A stretch of 63,926 bases of DNA, counting the filler, from Octopus bimaculoides (Eukaryota): assembly GCF_001194135.2 (NCBI RefSeq). It is 6 parts of 6 records of this genome, joined end to end, with 100 filler letters (N's around TTAATTAATTAA, not from the genome) between each part and the next. Parts side by side here need not be neighbours in the genome. Positions count along the whole stretch, not along the records: positions 8,730 to 29,095 come from NC_068995.1; positions 29,196 to 39,016 come from NC_068981.1; 4 more parts are not named here. One strand, given 5' to 3'. The position numbers were made by a program, and so were the translations under genes. The notes below the pieces were generated by a model. It did not search any database and was not told the origin of the DNA. It saw nothing but the letters and a program-made list of their open reading frames with translations. Below are positions 24,461-36,940 of this stretch, in pieces. Position 1 is the stretch's first letter. Each line of letters begins with the position of its first letter.

Positions 24461-25155
24461 GGCAGCAAACTGGCAGAATCATTAATTCGCCAGGCAAAAT
24501 GCTTAGTAGTATTTCATCCCTCTTCATATTCTAAGTTCAAATTCTGCCAAGGCAGTCTTTGCTTTTCATCCTTTCGGGGTCGATAAAATAAGTACCAGTT
24601 GAGCCCTGGGACCAATGTGGGACCAACTGACAAGCAAATCTATGGTACTGAGCAGAACATTTGCTGTAGCCCATCTTTTATACCAAGACAAAGCAATGTA
24701 CATGATGACACTTCCAATCAGTTGAGATCAGAAGACAGTGAGCTGGCAGAATCATGAGCATACTGGGTGAAGTGCTTAGCAGTATTTTGTCTGTCTTCAT
24801 GTTCTGAGTTCAATTTCTGCTGAGGTCGACTTTGCCTTTCATCCTAAATTATGTACCAGTTGAGTATTGGGGTCTATGTAGGCGACTTAACTCCTCACCC
24901 CAAATTTCTAGGTTTGTGCCTATAGTAGACAGGATTATTAAGGTGGCTAGCTGGCACAATCGTTAGCATGCCAGGCAAAATGCTTGATGCCATTTCATCC
25001 GTCTTTACATTCTGAGTTCAGATTCCATTGAGGTCAACTTTGCTTTTCATCCTTTTGGGGTCGATAAATTTTGTAACTGAAACACTGGGGTCGACGTAAT
25101 CAACTATCCTCTTCCTGCAAATTTCAGGCCTTTTACTTGTAGTAGAAATGGTTAT
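23220..25155 (+). mobile_element. Cluster of six head-to-tail family-A SINEs (starts near 23220, 23487, 24199, 24459, 24735, 24939) plus a 3' fragment near 23757
   Basis: Each begins (A)AGG..G.GAGCTGGCAGAAT.GTTAGCA and contains TTCTGAGTTCAAATTC..GAGGTC.ACTTTGCCTTTCATCC. Most are separated by (TTA)n runs. Confidence 0.9.
23890..24140 (-). mobile_element. 3' end of an RLE-type (R4/Dong-like) non-LTR retrotransposon
   Basis: KVVLVVFRALGSVPTNLKKHLETLEIPYNLCVLQKSALLGIARLLRKVLS, the typical C-terminus after the RLE domain. Flanked on both sides by (ATT)n. Confidence 0.75.
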
Positions 25156-26171
25156 CATCATCATCATCATCATCATTGCTATTAAATCATAAAATTAAGG
25201 CCAGTCAATCTTTTATTTTAACCATGAACTTTATTTGACTGAAAATGGGAAAAGATACAGATTGAAAAGGAATAATTACAGTGTGGATAAGAGATTACAT
25301 TGTTAGTGTGTATCCCACTGCAAACATCGTGTTCTTGGTCAAGATACTTAACCATACTGGCTTAAACCTTTATGATTATTTATGAAGTCTTTGTAAAAGA
25401 AAACAGTAACCTATTTACCTTGTTTTAAGCTATATAGTTGAAGAGAAAGAAGTTAATATCTGGCCATGTATAGATGTGCTAATTACGTTTTACTGACGGT
25501 TTTCTAATTTTGTAGATTTGAAGTTGTTTGTGTTAAAGGAGCTTCTACATAATTAATTAACAATCTCAATGTAATGATCAAATCTTATGTAATTAATTAT
25601 CTACTGCCTTTCAAATGAAGGCCACATATTTTAAACTATGTCTCAGTATCTGAACGTAGCATATCCACAAAGTTGGAATAACTTCTGAGTGAGAAACTGA
25701 TTTAATACTTTGGTTGGCTACTGTGTACTAAAATTATTGAATAATAACAAACTCATAAACTACAATCATCTATCTGTTATGTCGTATTAAAGAGATAAAC
25801 GAGTTTGCTGGTCATAGTAGCTCTCTCCTCTCTTATTTCACTTATAACAGTCACTAAAACACTGCAACAAACAAAGTACTTTGCTGCAATTGCTATCAAC
25901 TTCCTTAACCTTGACCATGTTAAAACATAAATATGTTTAACAGCCTGATGGGGATTTTGAAGGCATATTTAGATGTGTGACGGCATGAAGTGGTTGAGGC
26001 ATAGAGCTTTCAGACAGGAAACTAGTTCACAACAAGTAACATTTCAAAATAATCTGGTTGTAGATAACAAATTAATAAGTAGAATTAAGAATACTCCCCT
26101 AATATCAACTTGCCTGCCACCATCTCTTCATCCACAGACATATATATATATATATATACACACACACATAT

Positions 26172-26583
26172 GAGATCGTTGCCAGTGCCCCTGGACTGGC
26201 TCTTGTGCAGGTGGCACATAAAATACACCATTTTGAGCGTGGCCATTGCCAGTACCGCCTGACTGGCCTTCGTAGGATTTTCGAGCGAGATCGTTGCCAG
26301 TGCCCCTGGACTGGCTCTTGTGCGGGTGGCACATAAAATACACCGTTTTGAGTGTGGCCGTTGCCAGTACCGCCTGACTGGCCTTCATGCGGGTGACACG
26401 TAAAAGCACCCACTACACTCTCTGAATGGTTGGCGTTAGGAAGGGCATCCAGCTGTAGAGACTCTGCCAAATCAGATTGGAGTCTGGTGTTGCCATCCGG
26501 TTTCACCAGTCCTCAGTCAAATCATCCAACCCATGCTAGCATGGAAAGCGGACGTTAAACAATGATGATGATGATGATGATGA
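26172..26583 (+). mobile_element. RTE-tail short retroposon with an internal tandem duplication of about 116 bp
   Basis: GAGATCGTTGCCAGTGCCCCTGGACTGGCTCTTGTGC at 26172 and 26288, then the RTE tail and (GAT)n. Near-identical to 8730-9056. Confidence 0.8.
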
Positions 26584-26871
26584 TTAATGTGTGTTCTTAT
26601 GTTCAGTTATAATAAAAACAATTTTACATTAATCTGATGGGTTACTCTATAATTTTGTCAAATATAAATTTATTATCCTTATGCAAGAATGTTGTTGACA
26701 GCCAGCTAAGCCATCATTGGATTGCAGTCCAATTATGGCTTAGCTGGCTGAAACTTTGAAGTCACTGTCAGCAACATTTTTGTATAAGAATAATGTATAT
26801 ATAATGTATCCTATTTTATAAACTTATACATTGTTTTCTTAATATTGAACTTTATATTTCTATTTTCGAAG

Positions 26872-27031
26872 GGTCCAGAAAAATTTGAAAGGCAGTTAGA
26901 ATGTCGGTTTTGTTACCAGCTGGATCCATCAAACTATACTTGCAATTCCTCGACTTCTTGCCGAGTTGTTGCAGCACCAAGACAAAAGTATGTTTCAACA
27001 TGTAAAGTTAAAGAGCCAGTCATGTGCTTAG
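26872..27031 (+). CDS. TM2D3: TM2D3 coding exon 3
   Basis: Acceptor TATTTTCGAAG|, donor TTAG|GTGAGT. Encodes GPEKFERQLECRFCYQLDPSNYTCNSSTSCRVVAAPRQKYVSTCKVKEPVMCL(G), against recalled human NMTCRFCWQLPETDYECTNSTSCMTVSCPRQRYPANCTVRDHVHCLG. 160 nt, phase 0 to 1. Confidence 0.92.
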
Positions 27032-27199
27032 GTGAGTTTTAAGTTTAATTATCAAAACTTAACAAATGTACAGGACATTATGTGTTAATTGGGACTTAAA
27101 ATGAATGACTGAACAAATCCTGTCTTTTATTTGGAATGCTATATTGATGCAAGACTTTTCTTTCTACTTGTTCCTTTTTTTGTCATTTTGACTTGTATT

Positions 27200-27705
27200 T
27201 TGCTATACTTGCACGGTGGTATTCTGTGACAATGTCCTTCACTCCAGTTTTATCCCTGATCTCCTCCTTCTGGATGTGATCTCTTAGCAAGATTCCCAAC
27301 ATCAAACTTTCCATAGCTCTCTGCACTGAAAGCAGATGTTGTTCGCTTTGCATCAAGGCCCAAGTCTCACAGGCAAGACTGTGTTGCTGAAGAGATTGGC
27401 AGGAGCTGCCTTGTTTAGGTCCGCCTTCAGCACATCCTTCACCGAGTTGAATGCTCTCCATCCTGCTCTTACCCTTCGCCTTCGCTACATCTCATTCTCC
27501 TGACCGAGATACACATAGCTGCTCACCTCTTCTATTTCATCACCTCTGACTGTTAGGCCATCTAAGATTTGCTTATGACATAGTGCTGATAGTGGAGAGC
27601 ACCATTCAGCCGTAGACCATGCTGGGCGAACTGAATTTCAAGGGTTCAGCAGTCAGCCTGCAGATCAACTGTACCAAAACCAAGTACATACGGTCGGAGG
27701 GCATA
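27200..27705. mobile_element. RTE RT fragment with internal inversion (27200-27550 minus, 27551-27705 plus)
   Basis: Plus: LGHLRFAYDIVLIVES..TMLGELNFKGSAVSLQINCTKTKYI. Minus: VRGDEIEEVSSYVYLGQ..RRRVRAGWRAFNSVKDVLK..ACETWAL..VQRAMESLMLGILLRDHIQKEEIRDKTGVKDI. Confidence 0.8.
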
Positions 27706-27769
27706 CGGATTGGTGTGATGTAGGTGAGTAAATCTGTAGATCTCACTTTATGAAAATTTTACTGCTGGT

Positions 27770-27960
27770 CATTAAGGAATGTCAGAAATTTAAGATGCTG
27801 GAGAAGGTTACTATTAATGGCTATCTCCATTGCTTTTGAAATACAGGAAGTATGTTTTGATTGGATGATAGTTGCAGAACTATTGAAGTTGTGTTTCTTG
27901 AAGATGTGGTACATTAGCATGTTTATAAAGGCTGATATATATTTATATATAGCTGATACA
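27770..27960 (-). mobile_element. Possible Penelope GIY-YIG endonuclease C-terminal remnant
   Basis: SAFINMLMYHIFKKHNFNSSATIIQSKHTSCISKAMEIAINSN loosely resembles SA..H....H.F.....I........EAI.I; weak. Confidence 0.3.
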
Positions 27961-28010
27961 TTTATACACTGGCAGACAAACTGACAGACAGACACACATG
28001 CATGCACGTG

Positions 28011-28041
<31 letters not shown>

Positions 28042-28515
28042 AGTGATAGTTTGGCTAGTATAAGGGCTGAAAGTTTGGTGAGTATAAGTATTGACACTAT
28101 ACATAGACATCAGAAACATTCTGCAATGGGGACCATATCAATCTAGTCTCTTTTCAAAAAAATATAGCAACATAATCAATGCACATATAAAGAACAAACA
28201 AACAAAACATTGCACCTCATTTTTGTTAAACATTAGAAGCATGCAAGTTGATGTTTGCAATTGATTCAGATGCTAAGGCACACCCTCACTGAGGAGCTTT
28301 CCCAGTCGATGCACATCCTTGATATTGCAATGACTTCATCTCAAAGACTGGTTTTTGCCTTCAACAACTGTTAATCAATATGTCATGCTAAATCGAATAC
28401 CACTGTATAGAACTGTTCTTCTACTATAGCCTTGGGCCAACCAAAGCCTTGTGAGTGAATTTGATAGGCAGAAACTGAAAGAAGGCTGTCGTATATATAT
28501 ATATATATATATATA

Positions 28516-29095
28516 AGTAGACCGCCTTGGAGGAGAAGGGTGTGGAAGCTTAAAGACCCTACAAATGGACAGAGACTTAGAGACAAGTTACTTGAAGCTT
28601 TTGATGAAATAGAAGGGGATATAGCATCATACAACGTGGAAGACAATTGGAAATTTCTGCGGAACAACCTGCTGAGAGCCACCGACCAGATCTGTGGCTG
28701 GGGTAAAGTCTCTTCTCGACCGAAAATAACGTGGTGGTGGAACAAGGAGGTAGACAGGGCTATTAGACAAAAGAAACAGGCTTGGAAGGACTGGAAGAAC
28801 GGTGGTAGCAGGGAATTGTACCAATATGCCAGAAGGGAAGCTAGGCGACAGGTTTATTTAGCCAGAGGGGAAGCAAATAAGAAAAGATTTGCCAATGTTC
28901 TGCGCCGTGAGGACCAAAGACTTGAGGTATTTCGTGTTGCAAGACAGTGTAGGAGAGAGAATAGTGACATCGTAGGAGAGAAATGTGTCCACATGGATGA
29001 TGGTACGCTTGCACTAAATGAGGCTGCAAAGAAAGAGGTCTGGAGATGCCACTATGATAGATTGCTAAATAAAGAGAATGAATGGGAGTAAGAGA
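28516..29095 (+). mobile_element. Well-preserved RTE LINE ORF fragment (endonuclease-RT linker), cut by the scaffold end
   Basis: Open 183-aa frame with NWKFLRNNLLRATDQICG, TWWWNKEVDRAIRQKKQAWKDWK, RFANVLRR and EVWRCHYDRLLNKENEWE. Homologous to 20878-21180. Preceded by a family-B SINE fragment (28417-28494). Confidence 0.85.
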
Positions 29096-29195
29096 NNNNN
29101 NNNNNNNNNNNNNNNNNNNNNNNNNNNNNNNNNNNNNNNTTAATTAATTAANNNNNNNNNNNNNNNNNNNNNNNNNNNNNNNNNNNNNNNNNNNN

Positions 29196-29251
<56 letters not shown>

Positions 29252-30241
29252 TGGCATATATGTATGTGGGTGTGTCTGCTTGCGTGCGTGTAGGTTAGTC
29301 TGTGTGTACGTATATGAATACATAAAACAAGCAAAGTAATGATGATACTTGTATTACATTTATACCTTGCTTAAATCTGTTTCAAGAACTTGTGGTCAAA
29401 TGAATTAGTCAACAAGTTGGTAACATGGATATAATTAACCGCATGATATTTACTATTTGAAACTGAATATGTGATGCAAAACTATGCATTAACTGAATAA
29501 ATAAATTCAAATAAATTAGAAATTGAATATCATATATTCATCTTTCTCCATCTTTTTACATAACTTATTCTGTGGACAGAGCTCTAACCAATGAATACAA
29601 AACACCTGTACCTCTTATTTTTAAAACAACGCTGTGAATAACATAGGCATCTAATGAAGTACGGTCTTACATTAAAACAATACACTGGAATAATTCACAA
29701 CTTGACTTTAGGATATTTATTTCATATGATGTTAAAGCCTTGTTCATTTACATTGTCTCAGATGTAATTTCAGAGATATCAGTTAGAGTTTGGGTTTTCG
29801 CCAGTCTCTCTGTTCTGTTTAGATTCCCATTGACTGTTCAGTATTTATATGATTAAATCAATTATTGCTTCTAAAAATACTATTGATATATATATATATT
29901 TTTTTTTTTTTTTTGGAGAAAATCACATTGTTGGTGGATTCCATACTTAGTTAGTAAATTCGATCGTATCTTGATGCTCATACTCCACAATTACCCAAAG
30001 ATCTCTGCTGTAAGTAAACTAGTTAATGAGACCTGTAGCTTCAATCAACGTAATTGTATATAGATATGTGTGTGTTCAATTCACTTTATCAAGTGAAATT
30101 TGCTCTGGTTATAATGTATTATCATATTTACTTCGGAAGTTAATGCTTAGTGGAAGGTCTTCGGCATTGGGATAAAATTATAGCTCGGAATAACATCCCT
30201 GTCAAAATATCAGATTACGAATTTCTCATTATTGTAAAAAT

Positions 30242-30273
<32 letters not shown>

Positions 30274-31123
30274 NNNNNNNNNNNNNNNNNNNNNNNNNNN
30301 NNNNNNNNNNNNNNNNNNNNNNNNNNNNNNNNNNNNNNNNNNNNNNNNNNNNNNNNNNNNNNNNNNNNNNNNNNNNNNNNNNNNNNNNNNNNNNNNNNNN
30401 NNNNNNNNNNNNNNNNNNNNNNNNNNNNNNNNNNNNNNNNNNNNNNNNNNNNNNNNNNNNNNNNNNNNNNNNNNNNNNNNNNNNNNNNNNNNNNNNNNNN
30501 NNNNNNNNNNNNNNNNNNNNNNNNNNNNNNNNNNNNNNNNNNNNNNNNNNNNNNNNNNNNNNNNNNNNNNNNNNNNNNNNNNNNNNNNNNNNNNNNNNNN
30601 NNNNNNNNNNNNNNNNNNNNNNNNNNNNNNNNNNNNNNNNNNNNNNNNNNNNNNNNNNNNNNNNNNNNNNNNNNNNNNNNNNNNNNNNNNNNNNNNNNNN
30701 NNNNNNNNNNNNNNNNNNNNNNNNNNNNNNNNNNNNNNNNNNNNNNNNNNNNNNNNNNNNNNNNNNNNNNNNNNNNNNNNNNNNNNNNNNNNNNNNNNNN
30801 NNNNNNNNNNNNNNNNNNNNNNNNNNNNNNNNNNNNNNNNNNNNNNNNNNNNNNNNNNNNNNNNNNNNNNNNNNNNNNNNNNNNNNNNNNNNNNNNNNNN
30901 NNNNNNNNNNNNNNNNNNNNNNNNNNNNNNNNNNNNNNNNNNNNNNNNNNNNNNNNNNNNNNNNNNNNNNNNNNNNNNNNNNNNNNNNNNNNNNNNNNNN
31001 NNNNNNNNNNNNNNNNNNNNNNNNNNNNNNNNNNNNNNNNNNNNNNNNNNNNNNNNNNNNNNNNNNNNNNNNNNNNNNNNNNNNNNNNNNNNNNNNNNNN
31101 NNNNNNNNNNNNNNNNNNNNNNN

Positions 31124-31188
<65 letters not shown>

Positions 31189-33119
31189 GAGACAGAGAGG
31201 TAAATAGATAGATATAAAGAGACATGTTATACTGAAGAAGAGTACAGTATTTTTCAGTAATGAAATTACTATATACTTCTCTTTCAGATAATGAAGGACA
31301 ATGTACCTTAAGAATCGATTGTTTATGAATAGAATGTGTTTGCTCTGGGATAAACCAAAATAGCAATAACAGAATTAGGGAACGCGTAACTAACATTCTA
31401 ACAACTCCTATAATCTCAGAAAAATATAAAATTCATTAATATCGATTTCAAACGTTAGCATAAGGTCTGCAATTTCAGTGTAGTGGTTGTGTTGATTGCA
31501 TCATCTTGTATTTATGCTATCTACCACCGAATGAACGAAAGAGAAATTCGACATCGGCGTAATTTCAAATCAAAACGTGAAGACAGGCAAAATACCGCTA
31601 ACTATTTTGCCACGCGCGGTAACAGCTCACTGTTACATTAATATTGTATTGGAAACAACATTCTCCCACGACAAACATTAAACTCTTATAAACTTATGGA
31701 TCACATTCCAGAGAAATTATATCACGAAACTTACTAAATACAATAAAGAGGTTCTTGAAAATATTGCAGCTCCAGCAAATGTAAGAGTATATAAATCCAA
31801 ACAGCATGCTCGTCCCACTATATATTGCACAGAATGTATAGAACAACAACGATGTACACCCATATTTGCTCGGCGTTCATAGTGCCACACACATTTATTA
31901 AGAGCTGCCTTCTTTGCTCTAAAACATCATTCATCTCAATAAAGCAAAGATAAAACAGTTTCAATTATGAATTCCAAACCACTATTTAAGCACAGGATAT
32001 GCGTCAAGAAATCGGAAAATAGTTTTGCAACCAAGGCACCCCATAATTTCATTACACCAAAATAGAAGCAATAGAAAACATATAAAAGCAATATGTATAT
32101 ACCTATGATCTACAATCTTATCAACTAAGCCAAGAGACTACAAGCTCAATTCATAAATAATAACATGAGCATACCCAAAATATCACCATTAGAAGAGACT
32201 TTAACACACAGAATGTTAACAGTACAAAATCAATAAGCACAAGACAATACAAAACCTGTTAACTATCATATCAAAGCTTCTTCTACATCCAAACATATCT
32301 CTCCATCAGTGACATATATTATCGAGATAAATACTTTTATTTTTCTCCGTGTATCATTTAGGATAACAGAAATAAAGGACACGAGATAACTCAGCCGATC
32401 ACTCTTTCACTTTAAGAGACAAAGCTGTCGAAACGTTACAGATATTTGTTGAACCACAACTACAAAAACACATTTACATTGCACTGTTTCCAGTAACATC
32501 AAAATGTTAAGTTACAGAGAGCAATACATATATTCTATGCACTAAACGCATAGACGCATCAAAGGAATATAATGTGAAATATATTATAAAACAGTATTAT
32601 TTCCACACGGAAAATAGCTAATTCAATACGGTTGTATTTAAGTGAATCCTCAGCACCGCCTAAGTATCATTAGAAGAGAATATAAAAAAAATTATCGAAT
32701 GAAATAATAAATGGAAAATACCCAATTTAAAAATGAATCTCATTGTAGTAAAGTAAAATCAGGCTAGGTAGACTCCATTGTAGACTCTCTTCCTTGTTTG
32801 CACCCGGCAATATGTTTGATGGTAATTAAGTTGATGATGCTCAAGTTTATGTATGTTTGCCGTGATTGATATCTACCATATGAAGTATCACACATTTATC
32901 TATACTACGAAGCATGAGCAATTATTGAAATGCTAAAAAATAATTCGCCAAGCAATACTGTATTATCATTAACTCAACATTTCTTGTAGCAATGCTTAAA
33001 TGTACAGAACATCAAGAAACAATTACCGAACAAAAAGTAATCACATATCCTTTTCAATCCGTTTACAATATGAATGAATACTATGCAAAAAGACAATGCA
33101 GAAACAAAGTACAAATCGT

Positions 33120-33300
33120 GCGGTGAGCTGGTAGAAACGTTAGCACGCCGAGCGAATTGCTTAGCGGTATTTCGTCAGCCGCTACGTTCTGAGTTCAAAC
33201 CCCGCTGAAGTCGACTTTTCCTTTTATCCTTTTTGGGTCGATTAAATAAGTACCAGTACCGCACTGGGGTCGATGTAATCGACTTAATCCCTTTGCTTGA
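33120..33300 (+). mobile_element. Family-A SINE; further copies at 31500-31620 (-, decayed), 35776-35925 (+, internally deleted), 46130-46302 (-) and 57547-57623 (-)
   Basis: GGTGAGCTGGTAGAAACGTTAGCACGCCG..GTTCTGAGTTCAAACCCCGCTGAAGTCGACTTTTCCTTTTATCC..AAGTACCAG. Confidence 0.85.
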
Positions 33301-33868
33301 CCCCTCTAAAAATCTAAAAATTTCAACGTTTTGATAAATATGAAACAATACGATTACTGCTTGAAAGAATGATCTTAGTCAGCAATATTTTCAGCTATTT
33401 ACGTCAACACTTCAATAACGACAAGATATAGAAATTCTAAAGATAAAACAGCTTAATTCACATATCTCATCTTCGACAGTACTTAAAATGATAGGAAAAA
33501 TATTACTTCGATATCAACAACATTATCCTTCAATTTTATATCAAACGATTACACTTAGATAACATAATCAATCCACTTCTACTTCAGCTACACACATATA
33601 AAGAACTTACTAAACATCTCTCAAAATAACATTAAAATCTCTTCCATGTGAACTAATTATAAGATCATCAAGATTATTGATTACAAGGACAGCATTGCAC
33701 GATTCGCAAGATGAGTTGCTGAACAAAGCAAGGAAATGCCCTCCCGCTGAATAGTTTAACTGAGAAATATAAGAATTTCCGACTCAAGAAGAAATAATAG
33801 TTTTCTACGATATGTGTGTGTTGTGTTTGTGGTAGGTGCGTGCGTATGTGTTTATGTATGTGTGTGTT

Positions 33869-33904
<36 letters not shown>

Positions 33905-34038
33905 TGTGGTGTATGCATATTTATGTGAGTGCGATTTTGTATGTGCCTGTGCAACGTTGTAATTTTCTGTAAGTTAGCGGCACAACTACCGCATTTCAAT
34001 AACGACCCACAAATCTGAATCCTTCTTGTCTGCCTTTC

Positions 34039-34083
<45 letters not shown>

Positions 34084-34113
34084 CACCCTCCCTCTCTCTC
34101 CGTCTCTCTCTCC

Positions 34114-34144
<31 letters not shown>

Positions 34145-36088
34145 TCTCTCTCTTTCACTCTCTCTGGATCTGGGACATATTACGCTATTAAATCACCATC
34201 AGAAGACCATATCTGTCCCACTCAAATCATGCAAGCAATAAAGAAGAGAAGCATTAATAATTTTATTTTCATATAATATATGATTTCCATAATGCACATT
34301 AAAAAATGCGTTTCACAAAATGTTACACTTTCCGTTGTTCAAGTTGACTGGGATTCCGACGCCTATTTCTTTCAACGAATACTTATAAGGATAAGGCACA
34401 TTCGAAAAGTTTTTTTTTTTATTTCCAGCACAACACTTATAACAATAAACCACTTTAAAGTGCTGAGTTCTTTTTTTTTTTTTCTCGGTGTATACCTAGA
34501 TAACTGGCGCTGTAAAATCAACTGCAGCATTTGATTATATACTTATCGGGAAAATGTAACTAAATCAGAAATATCTGCATGATTTAAACAACAAGCGAGG
34601 AGAAATTGATCTTGGAGTAAATTATTGAAAACTGATGCAGGTTAAATGCATTCCATAATATCTTGAAGAGTAACAAACTTTTTTATCATACTTTATCAAA
34701 TTGATGCACTAGTGTAAACCTTTGAGAAATATATTTTCTCAGAATATTATCATTACGTTTTCAGTTAAATATATGGATATTCTTGTTCAGTTTTCTATTG
34801 ATTATATCGACCCGTTCTATAAATTTTAACATAATCAAGAAAGAATGAATAAACACAAAAAATATTTCTGCATTTGCTTTGCATGTTTCCTAGGGGGGAA
34901 TAATATTTTTTTATTGTTCATAATTTAAATTGTTTTGCAAAACATTGAAATTTCAGAAGAATGTACACATTCATTTAATGAATGCTATTGTGATTTTGTA
35001 TACGCCATAAAAAGACTGCAATATAATATCGCTGCATTTTCTAAAAGAATTAATGCTGTACATAGTATTATCGTATTACTAATATATTAATTTTTGCATG
35101 ATTTAAGTAATATTGTACCAATATTATAATAAAATGATTACTTAAAAAAAAATATTATTTTTATTTTAGTTTTTTTTCCCTTTTACTGTTAAATGGATAT
35201 GTGTGTAAGTGTGTGTATGTGTGTGTGTTTGTGTGTGTGTGTGTGTCAGTCTGTGTATAGTCCATATAAATAAACAAATCAAAAATGAATGGGTAGGAAT
35301 TGAAAAGAATGAAATTAATGGGCAGCTAAACAATTAACGTATATTTACATGTGACCCCCTTATATCGATATGGTATGTAGCAACAACAATTGTATCAATA
35401 GTGAACCAAAACAATGCTACAGTGTATAGACACTAAGCTCCGTATTATTTTGGTGTTTAGAAATAGCATAAATCACAACATTTAATGCGGAGGAAAAATA
35501 CGCACATTTTATATTTTGTTTTACTCTTTTGAAAAATACAGGTAAATCACTCAGGAACAAAAAAAACAAAAAAAATGTTAAATTTATAATTATAAAATTC
35601 AGATATGCAAGTGAATTAATATTAAACCACAATAACTAGTTTCACATTGCTATTCAATCTTTATTTGACTTCATATTGTGAATATTACAAAATGAAGAAG
35701 CACTTTGCAATATGTTCCTCTACATAAGAAAAATGATTAGTATTACATATTTATTATTATCATTATCGTTATTAATAAGGCGACAAGCTGGCATTGTCAT
35801 AAGCACGCCGGGAAAATGCTTAGCGTTATTTCGCCCGTCGCATCGAAAAATAAAGTATCAGTGAAACACTGGCGTCGAATTATCGACTAACCCCTCCCCC
35901 AGGATCTCAGGCTTTGTTTCAGGAATGTTAATATTATTATTAATATCATTATTATTATCATCACAATTACTATTGTTGCTGCTGTTGTTGTTGTTAATGT
36001 TGCTGTTGTTGTTATTATTCTTCTTCTTCTTCTCCTTCTTCTTTTTCTTCTTCATATTATTATTATTATAATTATTATTATTATTATA

Positions 36089-36151
<63 letters not shown>

Positions 36152-36199
36152 GTTATTATCGTTAATAACTAACAGAGATATCCGGCATTGTTTGGGATT

Positions 36200-36940
36200 A
36201 TAATCTGCTGAAACAGATTATACGGGATAGTGCAGCATTTATGACACAACATTTATGGAGTAAATGTTGGGCTAATACGACTAAGCAACTTGTCAGTTTG
36301 GTGTATTCCAGGCCCTAACCTGTCGTCAGAAATTGGGGCCGGGATTGGAGGTATTTGATTTTCGAACGGACCGAAACGATGTCAGTGGATATACTCTCCT
36401 TTGCGGCAGTCGGCGCTGCGTGTAACATGACCCATCGTCTAAAGTGTTGACATATCCCTCGAGCTTGCTGTCCTACATCACTCAAATTAAATTTGCAGTA
36501 ATTGTGGTTCTTCAAGTGTGGCTAACATAGGAACAAAGAAGTGATAGACTAGTCATTGAACTTTGAACGTAGGCGTAAATCAATGTACAATTATCTCCTT
36601 AGATGCACCAAACAATTCCATTTGAAATGCATAGTTGTATTGTCTGATATTGTTCAGAAATCATTTGACTGGGTGCCTTCCACAAGATCTATAAGTGGTT
36701 GAAGAGTAGTTCGTGATGCTGCAAATCTTACCTTGCCGCCTAAGCTGTACATGCCATTAGATTATTTCGAAACCTTAGAGCTTTGCAGAAATGGACAAAA
36801 TTATCATTTTTATAAGAATGGGATGGATCATATCTGAAAGCAGGTCCAGCAGTTGTGAAGAACTAATTTGTGTGTGTACTATTTCTGAGAAATATTCTAT
36901 TGGATCGCTGTCTAATCATTAAAACTTTGTTTTAATGATT
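36200..36940 (+). mobile_element. Very old non-LTR RT remnant
   Basis: DIVQKSFDWVP near 36645-36680 resembles the RT D..KAFD.VP motif; otherwise heavily stop-ridden. Confidence 0.3.

Noticed and set aside
25495-25560. Branch point plus TTTGTAG acceptor in TM2D3 intron 2
   Set aside because: No downstream donor or TM2D3-like coding; exons 2 and 3 already join in frame.
29905-30015. Candidate missing TM2D3 exon (ATCACATTGTTGGTGGATT looks like ITLGGF)
   Set aside because: No frame yields GGFGADRFYLG; it lies beyond a scaffold linker; chance similarity.
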